NCBI RefSeq assembly: GCF_018350175.1
Contig: NC_058381.1
Location: forward strand, 2,418,001-2,482,000
Direction: 5' to 3'
Source of the DNA: Felis catus
Lineage: Eukaryota
Length of the DNA: 64,000 nucleotides
The notes under the pieces are model-generated. The model saw only the letters and a list, made by a program, of their open reading frames with translations. It had not been told where the DNA came from and made no database searches. Each line of letters opens with the position of its first letter. Positions within the stretch are counted from its first letter, which is position 1. Positions 25,740 through 37,362 of this stretch are shown one piece after another. The translations under genes and the position numbers were made by a program.

Positions 25740-26760
25740 GTCCAAACTTGCTCTGGCCCCAACCACACCGCGCGGTGACCTCGGGCAGGAGCCTGAAATC
25801 AACTAGACCCGTCGGAGGCGCGGGGGTCCCGCCGCCGCCGCCGCCAACGCCGCCGCCGCCGCCGCCCCCGGGCCGGGTGGAGGCCCCGCGCGCCGCGACC
25901 CCGCCGCCCGCGCCGCCCCCCTCGGGCCGGGGCCCCTCCCGCCAACCCCGGCCCCGCGGGCGCACGGGGCCGACGGCGCGGGCCTCCTCCCGGGGTCTGC
26001 GCGGTGCACGCGCCCGGCCGCCCGCGCCCCGGCGCACGAGCAGCGTCCGGCTTCCTGAGCGCTCCCCTCCCCGGGCGCGTCCGTCGCCCCTCCCTCTCCG
26101 CCGCCCGCTCCGCCCGCTCCCCCTCCCTCGCCCCCGCGGGTCCCGGGAGGGGGGGGCGGCGCGGCAGGCACAGCCCCCCGCCCCCATGGCCGGCCGTCGG
26201 AGCCAGAGGCGGAGGGGGCTCCTGGGGGAGCCGGGCACCGCCCTGCTGGCCCCGCTCGCGCTGGGCCTGGGCCTGGCGCTCGCCTGCCTCGGCCTCCTGC
26301 TGGCCGCGGTCAGCCTGGGGCGCCGGCCCCCGCCGCCCGCCCAGGTGAGGCCCCTGCGGCGCAGCCCTCCCGGGGCCGGCCCGGAGCCGCGTCTGCGGAG
26401 CGGCGGGCGCGGCCGGGTGGGCCGAGGGCTCGGGGCCAGGAAGATGGGTGGAGGGTGAGATGTCAGGTGGAGGAGGGCTGGGTGACGCTGCGTCCTTCCC
26501 AGCAGGAGCCTTCCCAGGGGGAGCTGGTGGCAGAGGAGGACCCGGACCCGCCGGTGAGTGGCCGTGGGCGGCGGGCGCGCGCGTCTGGGCGTGGGGAGCG
26601 TGTGCGAGCGGAGGGTGCGGGGTGTGCCCTGGCGGCGCCGGCCGCGCGTGTGCGCGGGGGTGTGCACCGCCGTGCACGGGTAAGCGAGGGGGAGAGAGGG
26701 TGACGGCTGCGTGCAAGGGGTCTGGGTCACCTGAGTACGGAGTGTTTATTGGCCGCGGGT
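25740..26760. promoter_or_regulatory. TNFSF12 promoter CpG island with interrupted (CCG)n tract (~25829-25866)
   Basis: Very high GC and CpG density around exons 1-2; GC boxes. Confidence 0.85.
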
Positions 26761-29700
26761 GAAGGGGGGGTGTGAGACGGGGGGGGGGGACCTTGCCTCC
26801 CCTTGGACCCCCCCCCAAGGCTTCTGTGCCTGCTGCTGGCTGGTGCCTCTCCTGACGGGGCCCCCTGTCGGTCTCAGTTTACGTCTCTGCTGGTCCCCAG
26901 GCAAGACCCTGGTTTAGCCCTGCCCTTAATTCCCTTAGGAACTGAATCTCCAGATAGAGGAAAGCCGAGATGCCGGGCCTTTCCTGAAGCGGCTGGCGCG
27001 GCCTCGCAGAAGCGGTGAGCACCCCTTATCCCACCTTCCGGAATAGGAACAGTGACGGGTCTGCCGTGGCTTCTGCACTCATTATTGCGTTTGTTTGCCC
27101 TAATAGCCCCACAAAGCGGGCAGAGCCGAAACCACGAACCTCACTGACAGGCGGGATGGAGAAACTGAGGCACAGACAGTGTTGGGGCAGGGCGGGGGGG
27201 GGGGTTCACAGTCATGCAGCTAACCAGTTGAGGCACGCTCAAACCTAGAATTCTGGCCCTCTCTCTGAAGCCTGTTCCATCACTTGGACCTGCTTCTCAT
27301 TTCAAACCCTACGCCAAATGGAAGGAGGGATGGTCTGGGGTTAGGAGAGCCCTGGGGTCCTGATGGAGACACAGAGGGGCGTTGGGGAGTCAGGGGCCCG
27401 GGCCCAAATAAGCTAAGAAACTTCTGAATGGGATGATCGTATGACTACAGGCCCAGGTTTGCACAGGACTGTCCCAGCTGACAAGTGTTTTGTCAGTGCG
27501 ATTATTAATAGCAAGACTTTTGCTCTCAGAAACAACCCAGTTTGGATGAGAAATGATATAGTCACTCTACTTGTGGAGGGAGATAAGGCCTGAGGTTCTG
27601 AGGACAGGAGCCTGGACCAGAAGGGGGATGCTGGGCTTCTGCGAGGGAGAAGGGGCTGGAGAGTGGCTTCTGGGCACTGTTTTGCCCATCTGTCTTTCCT
27701 TGATTCTCAGCACCCAAAGGCCGGAAAGCAAGGGCTCGCAGAGCGATCGCAGCTCACTATGAAGGTGGGTGATGGGGGAGCTATGCCCAGGGAGGGCGGG
27801 TGGTGGAGGGGCAGGCCAGGTCTCACCCACCCTTTCCTGTGTCTTACAGTTCACCCACGACCGGGACAGGACGGAGCGCAGGCCGGTGAGACCCCATTCC
27901 CACCTGCCCCTGCTCTCCCCCTGCCCCCCACGGCACTGACCTCCTGGAGAAGGAGCCCCTCAAAACCTTTCCCTTCCCACCGTCCTCCCTGCCTTCAGCT
28001 GGGGAACCCCAGAAGCCAGTTCAAGAAAATCTTCAGGGGCTCGGTTCTCTCAGCCCCCACACCTGGACTTTGTCTGTGACCCAGGCGTGGGAACCCAGGC
28101 AGTCTGCCCCCACCCAACCATTAGGCCTCACTCTTGTGCAAGAAGCACATTGGATTCTTCCCTCCTCTCCCCCCGCCACCCCCCTCCCGTATTCTATGAA
28201 TCTTCACCACTCTGATCATTTTTCTCAAAATGTTTCTACTAGGCTCTTTTCCACCTTTACCCGACCTCCCAACTCAGCACTATGACCTCAGAACCTCAAA
28301 CCCAGTCTCTGGCCCCTTCCCCTCCCAGACTCTCCCCCCCCCCCACTACTCTCCCCCCCCCCCCCCCCCACTACTCCATCCCACCTGCGTTGCCAAGGCC
28401 TCTAAGTGAAGTAGATAGATTCGGTATGTGGCTTGAGGCTAGCGGCTTGCTTATGAGTCGGCTGTGCAGGGGAAGGGGAAGGAAGGAATCACAAATGACT
28501 TCTCGGTTTTGAACTTGGGCATCTTTGGGAATCGTGATGCCATTTATTTTTTTTTTAACGTTTATTATTGAGAGAGAGAGAGAGACAGAGCATGAGCAGG
28601 GGAGAGGCAGAGAGAGAGGGAGACACAGAATCCGAAGCAGGCTCCAGGCTCCGAGCTGTCAGCGCAAGGCCCGACGCGGGGCTCGAACCCAGAAACCACG
28701 AGATCATGACCTGAGCTGAAGTCAGACGCTTAACCGACTGAGCCACCCAGGCGCCCCTAATGATGCCATTTATTGAGGTGGCGTTAACCAGGGGAGAAAT
28801 GGGTTGGGAGATACGTAAATTAATCATTAAGTTTTTAATAATCAGCCAGCGGCTTCCACAAATAGCTGGCCGGACATCGTGGGCCGGCTCAGGCTAGGTC
28901 AGGACGCGAATAGTCAGGCGCCACAGCCACAGACGTGGTATTTAGAGCTGTAGGATTGCATGAAACACCGCGAGGAAGAAGCACCCCCAGAGTGAGTTCC
29001 TGAGGCTCTCGGGACATCCAGAGGGGAGGCCAAAGACAGCCCAGTGGACGCTGAGAAAAGCAACCGGACAGAAGGGAAGAAACCGGGGAGGGGAGTGTCC
29101 TGTGATCTGGGAGAAGACTCAGTCTCACCCAGGAGGGTGTGGCCATCTGCGCCCCATGCAGCTGAGTGGTCACATGAGATGACCGCTGGGTTTGGTAACC
29201 TTAAAAGTCAGCTGGTGACCTGGACATGGGCGGTTTCAGTGGCCCCGTTAGGGTGGACGCCAGAGTGGATTGGGTTAAGAGAAAATGGGAACTAGGAATT
29301 GGAGACGGTGACAACCCTTTCTAGAAGTTTCTCTGTGACGCGCGGAGCAACAGGCCAGTAGCTGGAGGGAGCTGCGTATGGAGGAAGGGTGCAGTCCTTC
29401 TGGTGATGAGCAACCCTACAGGGGTCTTCGCCAACGGCTACTGAATGGAACATTCATCCGGTCTCTGCAATAGCCCTAAAAGGAAGCTGTCAGCACGGGG
29501 CCCGATGCGGGGCTCGATCTCACGAACTGCGAGATCATGACCTAAGCCAAAACCGAGAGGTGGGCGCTTAACCGACTGAGCCACCCAGGCGGCCCGGTAG
29601 ATAGAGGCCACTTAACCTGTGTGAGGCCTCGAGGATACCCAGGGGTGGAGCCCGGGTTTGAACCCAGCCAGCGCGGGCTTGTGTCCCAGACATGCCTGGT

Positions 29701-32456
29701 GCGGGGGTGGGGGGAGCCTGCAGGGCAGCGTCCAGGAAGGGGGCCAGGGGTGGGTTCCAGAACCAAGAGAGGAACACATCATCCCCTGGAGAATGTGACG
29801 ACAGGTCAGTTTTTAGTGCTGGTGGGGGGACGTGAGGGAGCCCTTGCGTGATGACTTCTAGGTCCTCGGGAGAATGAGGAGGGTGGGCGGGGGGTGAGCA
29901 GAGGTGGTACAAAACGCTTGTCTTGAGGACTACAAGAGCGAGCCTCGTGGGGAGGAGCAGGAAGGCTGCCAGGCTACAAAGAATGTCCATTTGAGGTTTG
30001 TGGTAGTGACATCGGCGGACATCGTGGTCCCAGGGACCCCGTGCCCCCTGGCCACAACCAGCCTTCGCCCAGCCTGGTCCCATAGTGGGGCGCGCCCTCC
30101 CTCCTTCTCTCCCCCTCCTCTTCAGGCCCCAGGCCGGCCTTCCTCCCCTCCAGATGGGCCATTTATTTTAGCAGCTACCCAGACATTCATTCGTCCCCTG
30201 ACGGAACACACACGCACTGAGCACCTGCTGTTGGTAAGGACCGGGCCGGGCGCCCACGGGGGATGATACCCAGACCTGTTTGCGAGAAAAAGTCACTGTC
30301 TAGGAGAGGAGACAGGCATAGGGATTTGCCAGTTACGGTAGGCTGGGACAGGAACAAGAATGAAAGTAGCCAGAGGTAGGCGGTGGCCAAGAGGAAGACA
30401 CCCAACTTTACAGTGGAGTCGGGATTCCTGTCTCAAAGAGGCGTGGGCCCTGAAGCGCGAATGTAAGATGGACCAGGGGTCAAGGGCGTGCCAGGTGGAA
30501 GGAGCCGCTTGTGCCAAAGCCCCGAGTCTGGCAAGAGGATGACGAGGCCGGGCGACCAGGAGAAGCCTAGCGTGGTCGGAGGGAATTGCTGCTGGAACAG
30601 CATGAGACTCGAGGTTGGACGAGAATATGGAGCCGGGCCACACAGGCGTTCTGGAAGTCATTCCAAGGTCAAAGCAAGTAGAGGCAGGCTCACATCTGCG
30701 TTTTTGAAACCTCACTCCCCGTGGCTGTGTGTAGGGAATATACTGGAGCCGGGGACCCGGGAGACCGGGGGGGGGGGGGGGGGGGCAAGGAGGAAGGAGG
30801 CTGGGAAGAATCCCGGTGAGAGTGGCGGAGACCACACTGGGGGGGCAGAGAGGGGCCGGGGTACCCCGTGGGGGCAAGAACCCGGAGCCAGATGCGGGAA
30901 CAGAGACAGAAGGTGAGGCCGGGGTAGAGGGGCCGCGCTCAGTTTGGGTCCGGATGATATTACGGTCCGATGGTGATGGCACAGTGAGCGGGGTGAGGAG
31001 GACGCAGGAAAGAGCGGGGCTGGAGGCCCACATGGGAGTCTGCAGGGTGACGGGTATCTCGTAGGTGGGCAGGAGAACGCCCGCCAGGCGTTACCACGTC
31101 CTTGCGAAAGTAGCAAGGACAGCGCCCCGGGGCTGGCAGAGGGGGAAGGCCGCCAGCGAGGCCGGGGACAGCAGCCGCCAGAGCCACACGAAGCCACAGC
31201 CGGGGGGCCACGTTGGCCACCCCCCTCCTTCCTCCCACCAGTGTCCCCTGGGCGCCCACTCCGAGCAGGCCCAGCCCCGGGGGCCACGGCACAGTAGACA
31301 GTAAGGCCGGGTGGGACCCCACGCTTCCTCCTGTGTAACTAAACCGGATGACTTCCTGCGACGGCAGCTGCTCCGAAGGCGGGGGGCCGTGGCGAGCAGG
31401 TGAAAGACAGGCCGGACTGGCCACGCCAGGGTGGCCGGGGAAGGGTTCCCAGCGGAGTCGGGATCTGGCCGAGGGAAGGTGCCGGGTGTGCGGCCGGAAC
31501 AGGAAGGAGGTGGGAGTCCTGTGAGCTGGCGCAGCGAGAGGAGAGGTGACGTTGGAGAGGTGGACTGGGGCGGGCCTGGGAGGACCCGGGAAGCCACTTG
31601 AGTTGTGCGCTGTCATTTTAGTGTTTACCTTCTTTGCAATTTGTAACTGGTCCAGCTCTAGAGTGGTGTTTTTTTGTTTGTTTTGTTTCTCCAGTACATC
31701 TTTATGGAGCTGTGCTTCACGGTTCATACAATTCGCCCATTTAAACTCTATTTTTAAAAGTTTATTTACTTATTTTGGGGTGGGGGGGCAGAGAGAGAGG
31801 GCAAGAGAGAGAATCCCAAGCAGGTTCCACGATCCCAGAGGAGCCCAACAAAGGGCTCAATCCCACGACCCTGGGATCACGACCTGAGCCAAAATCAAGA
31901 GTTGGACGCTCAATTGGCTGAGCCAGCCAGGCGCCCCCATAGCATTTCTTTTTGTGGTTGAATAATTTCTCATTGTATGGCTATACCACAATTTTCCTTA
32001 CCCATTCATCGTCTGATGGACACTTGGGTACCACTTTTTTTTTTTAATGTTTATTTTTGAGAGAGAGAGAGAGAGAGAGCACAAGCAGGGGAGGGGCAGA
32101 GAGAGAGGGAGACACAGAATCCAAAGCAGGCTCCAGGCTCTGAGCTGCCAGCACAGAGCCCGATGCGGGGCTTGAACTCACGGACCGCGAGATCGTGACC
32201 TGAGCTGAAGCCGGATGCCCAACCGTCTGAGCCACCCAGGCGCCCCTTGTTATTTTCAATTTTAATAACCCCAGTAGTATACGATTCAAGTACCGTATAT
32301 GGTCTCAAAGTAAAACAGACAAACAGTAGAGACAGGGGCTTCCGGGTGGCTCAGTTGGTCAAGCATCTGACCCTTGCTTTCAGCTCAGGTCATGATCTCA
32401 GGGTTCGTGGGATCAAGCCCCTCGACAGACTGTGCTGAACATGGAGCCTGCTTGGG

Positions 32457-32502
<46 letters not shown>

Positions 32503-33428
32503 TGCTTTCCCCCCACTCATGCTCACTCCCCCCTCCAAAATAAATATTTAAAAAAATATTTAAAAAACTAGAGACACAAAATATCAACCCCCCCCCCCAC
32601 CTCTCCTTCCATCTGGCTCTTCTCCCCAGAAGTGGCTGGTGACGGGTTGCTCCCGACCCCTCTGGTCACACATACGTTGCATTTCTGCACGGAACTTCCT
32701 ATTACACTACAGGCTCCGTGGGCCGTGACTCCACCCGGGGCCCGGGGCCACGTGTCTGTCTTCCGGGCCCAGCGGGCCCCCGAGTCTTCTGTACCCGATG
32801 GGTCTTTGGGGAGTGTGAGGAAGTCCTGGAAAGGGACTCTCCCCGATCTCTGAACACCCACATTCAGGTGTGGACGGGACGGTGAGTGGCTGGGAGGAGG
32901 CCAAAATCAACAGCTCCAACCCACTGCGCTATGACCGCCAGAGCGGGGAATTTACAGTCACTCGGGCTGGGCTCTACTACCTGTACAGTCAGGTAAGCCC
33001 CACCTGGCTCCGGGGGGGGAAGTGGGAACCGGGGGACAAGGGTCCGGGGCACGGGGCGGGGGGGCAGCTCCAGGTGGGCGGGGAGCTCGGGCTTTGGGCT
33101 GGGGTTGGGGGGGGTGGATCCCTGGGTCACCGAGGACAGGGGACACGGAGACCGTACGCCTCCTGCCTCCCCGTAGGTGCACTTTGACGAAGGGAAGGCC
33201 GTCTACCTGAAGCTCGATTTGCTGGTGGACGACGCGCTGGCCCTGCGCTGCCTGGAAGAATTCTCCGCCACGGCCGCCAGCTCCCCGGGGTCCCAGGTCC
33301 GCCTCTGCCACGTGTCTGGGCTGTTGCCCCTCCGGCCAGGGTCCTCCCTGCGGATCCGCACCCTCCCCTGGGCCCATCTCAAGGCCGCCCCCTTCCTCAC
33401 CTACTTCGGACTCTTCCAGGTTCACTGA
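26186..33428 (+). CDS. TNFSF12: TNF superfamily member 12 (TWEAK), 7 coding exons, 249 aa
   Basis: Exons 26186-26344, 26506-26553, 26939-27014, 27711-27764, 27850-27885, 32868-32992, 33177-33428, all GT-AG and summing to 750 nt. Translation MAGRRSQRRRG...LALGLGLALACLGLLL (type II TM), RPRR furin site, AIAAHYEVHPRPGQDG, GLYYLYSQVHFDEGKAVYLKLDLLV...FLTYFGLFQVH*. ATTAAA at 33879-33884. Confidence 0.98.
27430..27568 (-). mobile_element. MER94-like (hAT-Blackjack) MITE in TNFSF12 intron 3
   Basis: ggactgtccc, attattaatagc, cagtttggatga..atatagtcactct correspond to the recalled MER94 reverse complement. Confidence 0.6.
28535..28774 (-). mobile_element. CAN-SINE in TNFSF12 intron 5 with TSD tgatgccatttatt
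   Basis: Antisense SINE flanked by a direct repeat. Confidence 0.9.
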
Positions 33429-33893
33429 GGGGCCCCGGTGGCGCCCCGGGCCCCACCCTCCGCTGCTCCTCGCCCCAGACCTGCCCCCCCTCTGCAGGCT
33501 GCTTGGGCTGTTCACATGTTGCCACGCCACATAGATAACCCCCTTCTCCTCTGACACCCACTCCCCCCTGCACCTCACTAGCTCCTGAACCCCTGGTCTT
33601 TCGACGCCCCCCCCATTTATCTCCTGACTCCCCGCCCTGGCCACAACCTCCCCACCCTGCCCCCGGACACTGTGTCTACTCTACTCTGGGTGAGGGTGGG
33701 TCCCCACCGCCTGTTCAGGCACTAAGAGGGGCTGGACGCCAGGGAGACTGAGACGGGGCCAGGAGTTCCCAAACGTGAGGGCTAAGAGCAAGACGAGATC
33801 CTTCCCGATAATTCCCTGTGGATTTTTAAAACAGATACTATTTTTATTATTATTGTGACAAAATGTTGATAAGTGAATATTAAAGAGAATAAG

Positions 33894-34374
33894 CCACGGT
33901 CTCTCTCTCTCTTTTTTTTTTTTTTTTTTCAACGTTTTTTATTTATTTTTGGGACAGAGAGAGACAGAGCATGAACGGGGGAGGGGCAGAGAGAGGGGGA
34001 GACACAGAATCGGAAACAGGCTCCAGGCTCTGAGCCATCAGCCCAGAGCCCGACGCGGGGCTCGAACCCACGGACCATGAGATCGTGACCTGGCTGAAGT
34101 CGGATGCTTAACCGACTGCGCCACCCAGGCGCCCCTCTTTTTTTTTTTTTTTTAATGTTTTTGAGAGAGAGGGAGAGAGAGAGAGACAATGCACGAGTAG
34201 GGGAGGGGCAGAGAGAGAGAGAGAGAGACACAGAATGTGAAGCAGGCTGCAGGCTCCGAGCTGTCAGCACAGAGCCGCACGCGGGGCCCGAACCCATGAA
34301 CCGTGAGATCGTGACCTGAGCCAAAGTCGGAAGCTTAACTGACTGAGCCCCCCAGGCGCCCCCACCGTCTCTCT
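33894..34374 (-). mobile_element. Two nested antisense CAN-SINEs immediately after the TNFSF12 poly(A) signal
   Basis: Outer TSD ccacggtctctct / ccaccgtctctct; a younger SINEC_Fc-type copy (~33912-34135) sits in the tail of the older one. Confidence 0.88.
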
Positions 34375-34841
34375 GTTGGGACTTAGGGAACAGTTCTCAG
34401 GGTAGCCGAGGGCCATGGCAAGGGGGGCTGGGCATCGAAGGGTGGGGTGCGGGACGGCTGGGACTCCAGGGCAATGTACAGGCTCGGGAATGGGGACCCA
34501 CATGCTTCTGACCCCTGAGGCATGAACAGAGAGTCAAAAGGCAAACTGCCAGGAAAAAAAATCAATCCTCTGCCCAAGGTCCAGCAGAAGCCGCCTCATT
34601 TACCTAGGAGGCGGGCTTCCTCCCGAGGGTGATCCCTGGCTGGGAGGAGCGGGAGCCTCTGGACATTCAGCAGGTGCGGGCCCAAGCCCTGGCCTGGATG
34701 TGGGGTGGGAGCAGGCTCGCAGGGGAGCTCGGGGTCAGGAAGCAGGACGCGGCCGGGGGAGTGGGGGCGCCTGGGTCCAGGGGAGGAACCTTCCAGCGGT
34801 AGGGTGCTTGGGGCCGTCTCTTTCTCTCTTTGACCAGAGCC

Positions 34842-34874
34842 TTATGTAAGAGCTTTTCTCGGGAAACAGGAAGT
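34842..34874 (+). promoter_or_regulatory. TNFSF13 promoter motif cluster: TTATGTAA (PAR-bZIP/C-EBP-like), TTCTCGGGAA (STAT6-type), ACAGGAAGT (ETS)
   Basis: Three consensus motifs within 33 bp, ~650 bp upstream of the APRIL ATG. Confidence 0.55.
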
Positions 34875-35522
34875 CCTGCTTGCCAAGTTCAGCACAGGGA
34901 GTAGCGCAGGCCTTATTCCAACACACCCGGCCTGGCCCTAACCCCAGAACTCGGCCAGTTTCTGGCTTCCGCGACCCTGGTTCTCCTCCCCATCCGCCCC
35001 CTCCCCTCCTTTTGCACGTTCAGTCATTCCCAGCCAACTTGCCCAGAGACCTCTCCCGTGGCTCCGCCAGAGGGTCTCCCGCCCTCACCCCTTGACCCCC
35101 AAGCTGCCCAGCTTGTCCCTCCATCCCTGCTCTTGGCACTGTGCCCCGGGGCAGCCGACCTTCCCTCCCCCACTCCTGGGGCCCTCCCAGGGTTCCCGTG
35201 CTCGGGCTGCTTCCTGGGTGTCACTGGCAGTCCCGTCCTTCCTAGACAGATTGTCACCAAATTCTCCCGAGGCTGGAGAAGGGTGTGGGGGGGAGGGGGG
35301 CGGGGAGCGTGTCTCAAGACGCCACCGGCCCCGCAGTGGGGTGCCAGGAGCTCCAGCAGTGCCCCTCGCCGGTTTTCCTCCTCCTTCCTTTTCATTCTCA
35401 AGTTCCTTTTTATTTCTCCCTTGCGTAACACTCTTCTTCTTCCCTTCTGCACCCCCACCCTCCCCACCACCTCCTCGCCACCCCACTCCTGAGGCCACTG
35501 CTCTCTGCAGGGTCCCCAGCTC

Positions 35523-37362
35523 ATGCCAGCCTCGTCTCCTTCCTTGCCAGCCCCCAGAGGGCCACCGGGAGACATGGGGGGCCCGGCCCGAGAGCCGGCG
35601 CTCTCAGTCGCCCTCTGGTTGAGTTGGGGGGCGGCTCTAGGGGCTGTGGCGTGTGCCATGGCCCTGCTGACCCAGCAAACAGAGCTGCAAAATCTAAGGA
35701 GAGAGGTGACTCGGCTGCAGAGGACTGGAGGGCCCTGCAAGGAGGAAGAAGGGCATCCGTGGCCGAGCCTCCGGGAGCAGGTGAGTGAGGGGAGAAGGGC
35801 GTGGGGGAGAAAGGGATGGATGGCGGGGCCATCTCCGGACCTCTTGGTTCTAGCCTCTCGGTCTGTAAAGTTTTGAGTAGGTGCAAGAGAGGGTCCCAGG
35901 TTTGGAGGTCAAGGGAGCAGCCATTCCGGGAAAGGAAATTGTTAAAGATTAATGCTTCTCGTACCTAACAGATCCTGGAGGAGAGCCAGCACCGAGACTC
36001 AGGTTGCTGGGGAAAAGTGCATGAGAGATGTGAGGCACTCCTGGGGCGGAGGGAGGGGGCGGGCTGGGAAGAGAGGCTGCCTGGGACCCTTGCATCTCAG
36101 CCTAACCCCGACCCTCTTTCCGTGAGCAGAGCCCTGACGCCCTGGAAGCCTGGGAGAATGGGGAGAGGTCCCGGAGAAAGAGAGCAGTGCTCACCCATAA
36201 ACAGAAGAGTGAGGCCTCCGGGGTGCAGCCGGGGTGGGAGGTGATCCAGCCGCATGGGGATCTGGGGACGGTTATCCGCAGCCAGGGTGAGGGTGGAGGG
36301 GCTGAGCACAGGGCGGCCGGGGCAGGTGGGCACTGCTCAGATTCCCCTCTCTCCTCAGAGAAGCACTCCGTTCTGCACCTTGTCCCCATCAACATCACCT
36401 CTAAGGGTGAGCAGTTTTCTTCGATAACGGCTTTTGGGGAGGGGCCGGGTTGGGGAACTGGGGGGCTGGCACCTGGGCCCAAGAGACTCCTGGGGGCGAA
36501 GAGTGTCTGAGAATGCAGGGAGATCCTGACTGCCCCACCCCTCACCCCCAGAGGACTCTGATGTGACAGAGGTGATCTGGCAACCAGCTCTGAAGCGTGG
36601 GAGAAGCCTGGAGGCTCAAGGATACGTTGTTCGAGTCTGGGACACTGGAGTTTATCTGCTGTATAGCCAGGTAATCCCAAACATACCCTACGCCTCATGT
36701 GGGGGGGGCCGGAGGTCTGTTCTCCCAGGGCCCGTAAGTCCTGCTACTGAGAATTCCTGACCCTTCTGTTCATACCAAACTTAGAAGACCCTCCTTCCTT
36801 CCTTGGCTCTCTTGTCCAGGCTCCCGAGGCCTCCCAGCACTGAGCCATCTCGTTTCTCCTCCGTTCCCTGCCAGGTCCTGTTCCACGATGTGACTTTCAC
36901 CATGGGTCAGGTGGTGTCCCGGGAGGGCCGGGGAAGGCAGGAGACGCTATTCCGTTGTATACGAAGTATGCCTTCCAATCCGGACTGGGCCTACAATAGT
37001 TGCTACAGTGCAGGTGGGAGCCCTGTGGGCGGTGGAGGGGGGAGGGGTCGTGAGAAGAGCAGGGTCTCTCTGACCCCGGGGAGGGGGGGGGGGTGGTGAC
37101 GAGGAAGCTCCGGCAGGGGGTTGGAAGCCTGGGTGGAGAGGTGGCTCTGGAATGAAGGACAGAAAGCGCAAGAGAGGTTGAGCTGGAGAAGGGAGGGGAG
37201 ACGTCATTCTGCGTGACCGTGACCTCACTGAGCATCTCTTCTCTCCTCTCAGGTGTCTTCCACCTACACCAAGGGGATATTCTGAGTGTCACAATCCCCC
37301 GGGGAAGGGCGAAGCTTAGCCTCTCGCCATCTGGAACCTTCCTGGGCTTTGTGAAACTGTGA
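35523..37362 (+). CDS. TNFSF13: TNF superfamily member 13 (APRIL), 6 coding exons, 250 aa
   Basis: Exons 35523-35780, 36130-36208, 36359-36406, 36552-36670, 36875-37013, 37253-37362 (753 nt). MPASSPSLPAPRGPPGDMGGP..., RRKR furin site, HSVLHLVPIN, LFRCIRSMP...NSCYSAG (C196/C211 pair), GTFLGFVKL*. Confidence 0.98.

Noticed and set aside
25699-26818. Long overlapping ORFs (236-343 aa) on both strands, including an in-frame upstream extension of TWEAK
   Set aside because: They lie in an extremely GC-rich CpG island where stops are rare, have non-ATG starts and low-complexity Pro/Arg/Gly products.
33177-33310. Initial idea that TWEAK lost its disulfide
   Set aside because: Residue counting shows C191 and C210 are intact; the changed residue is position 165.
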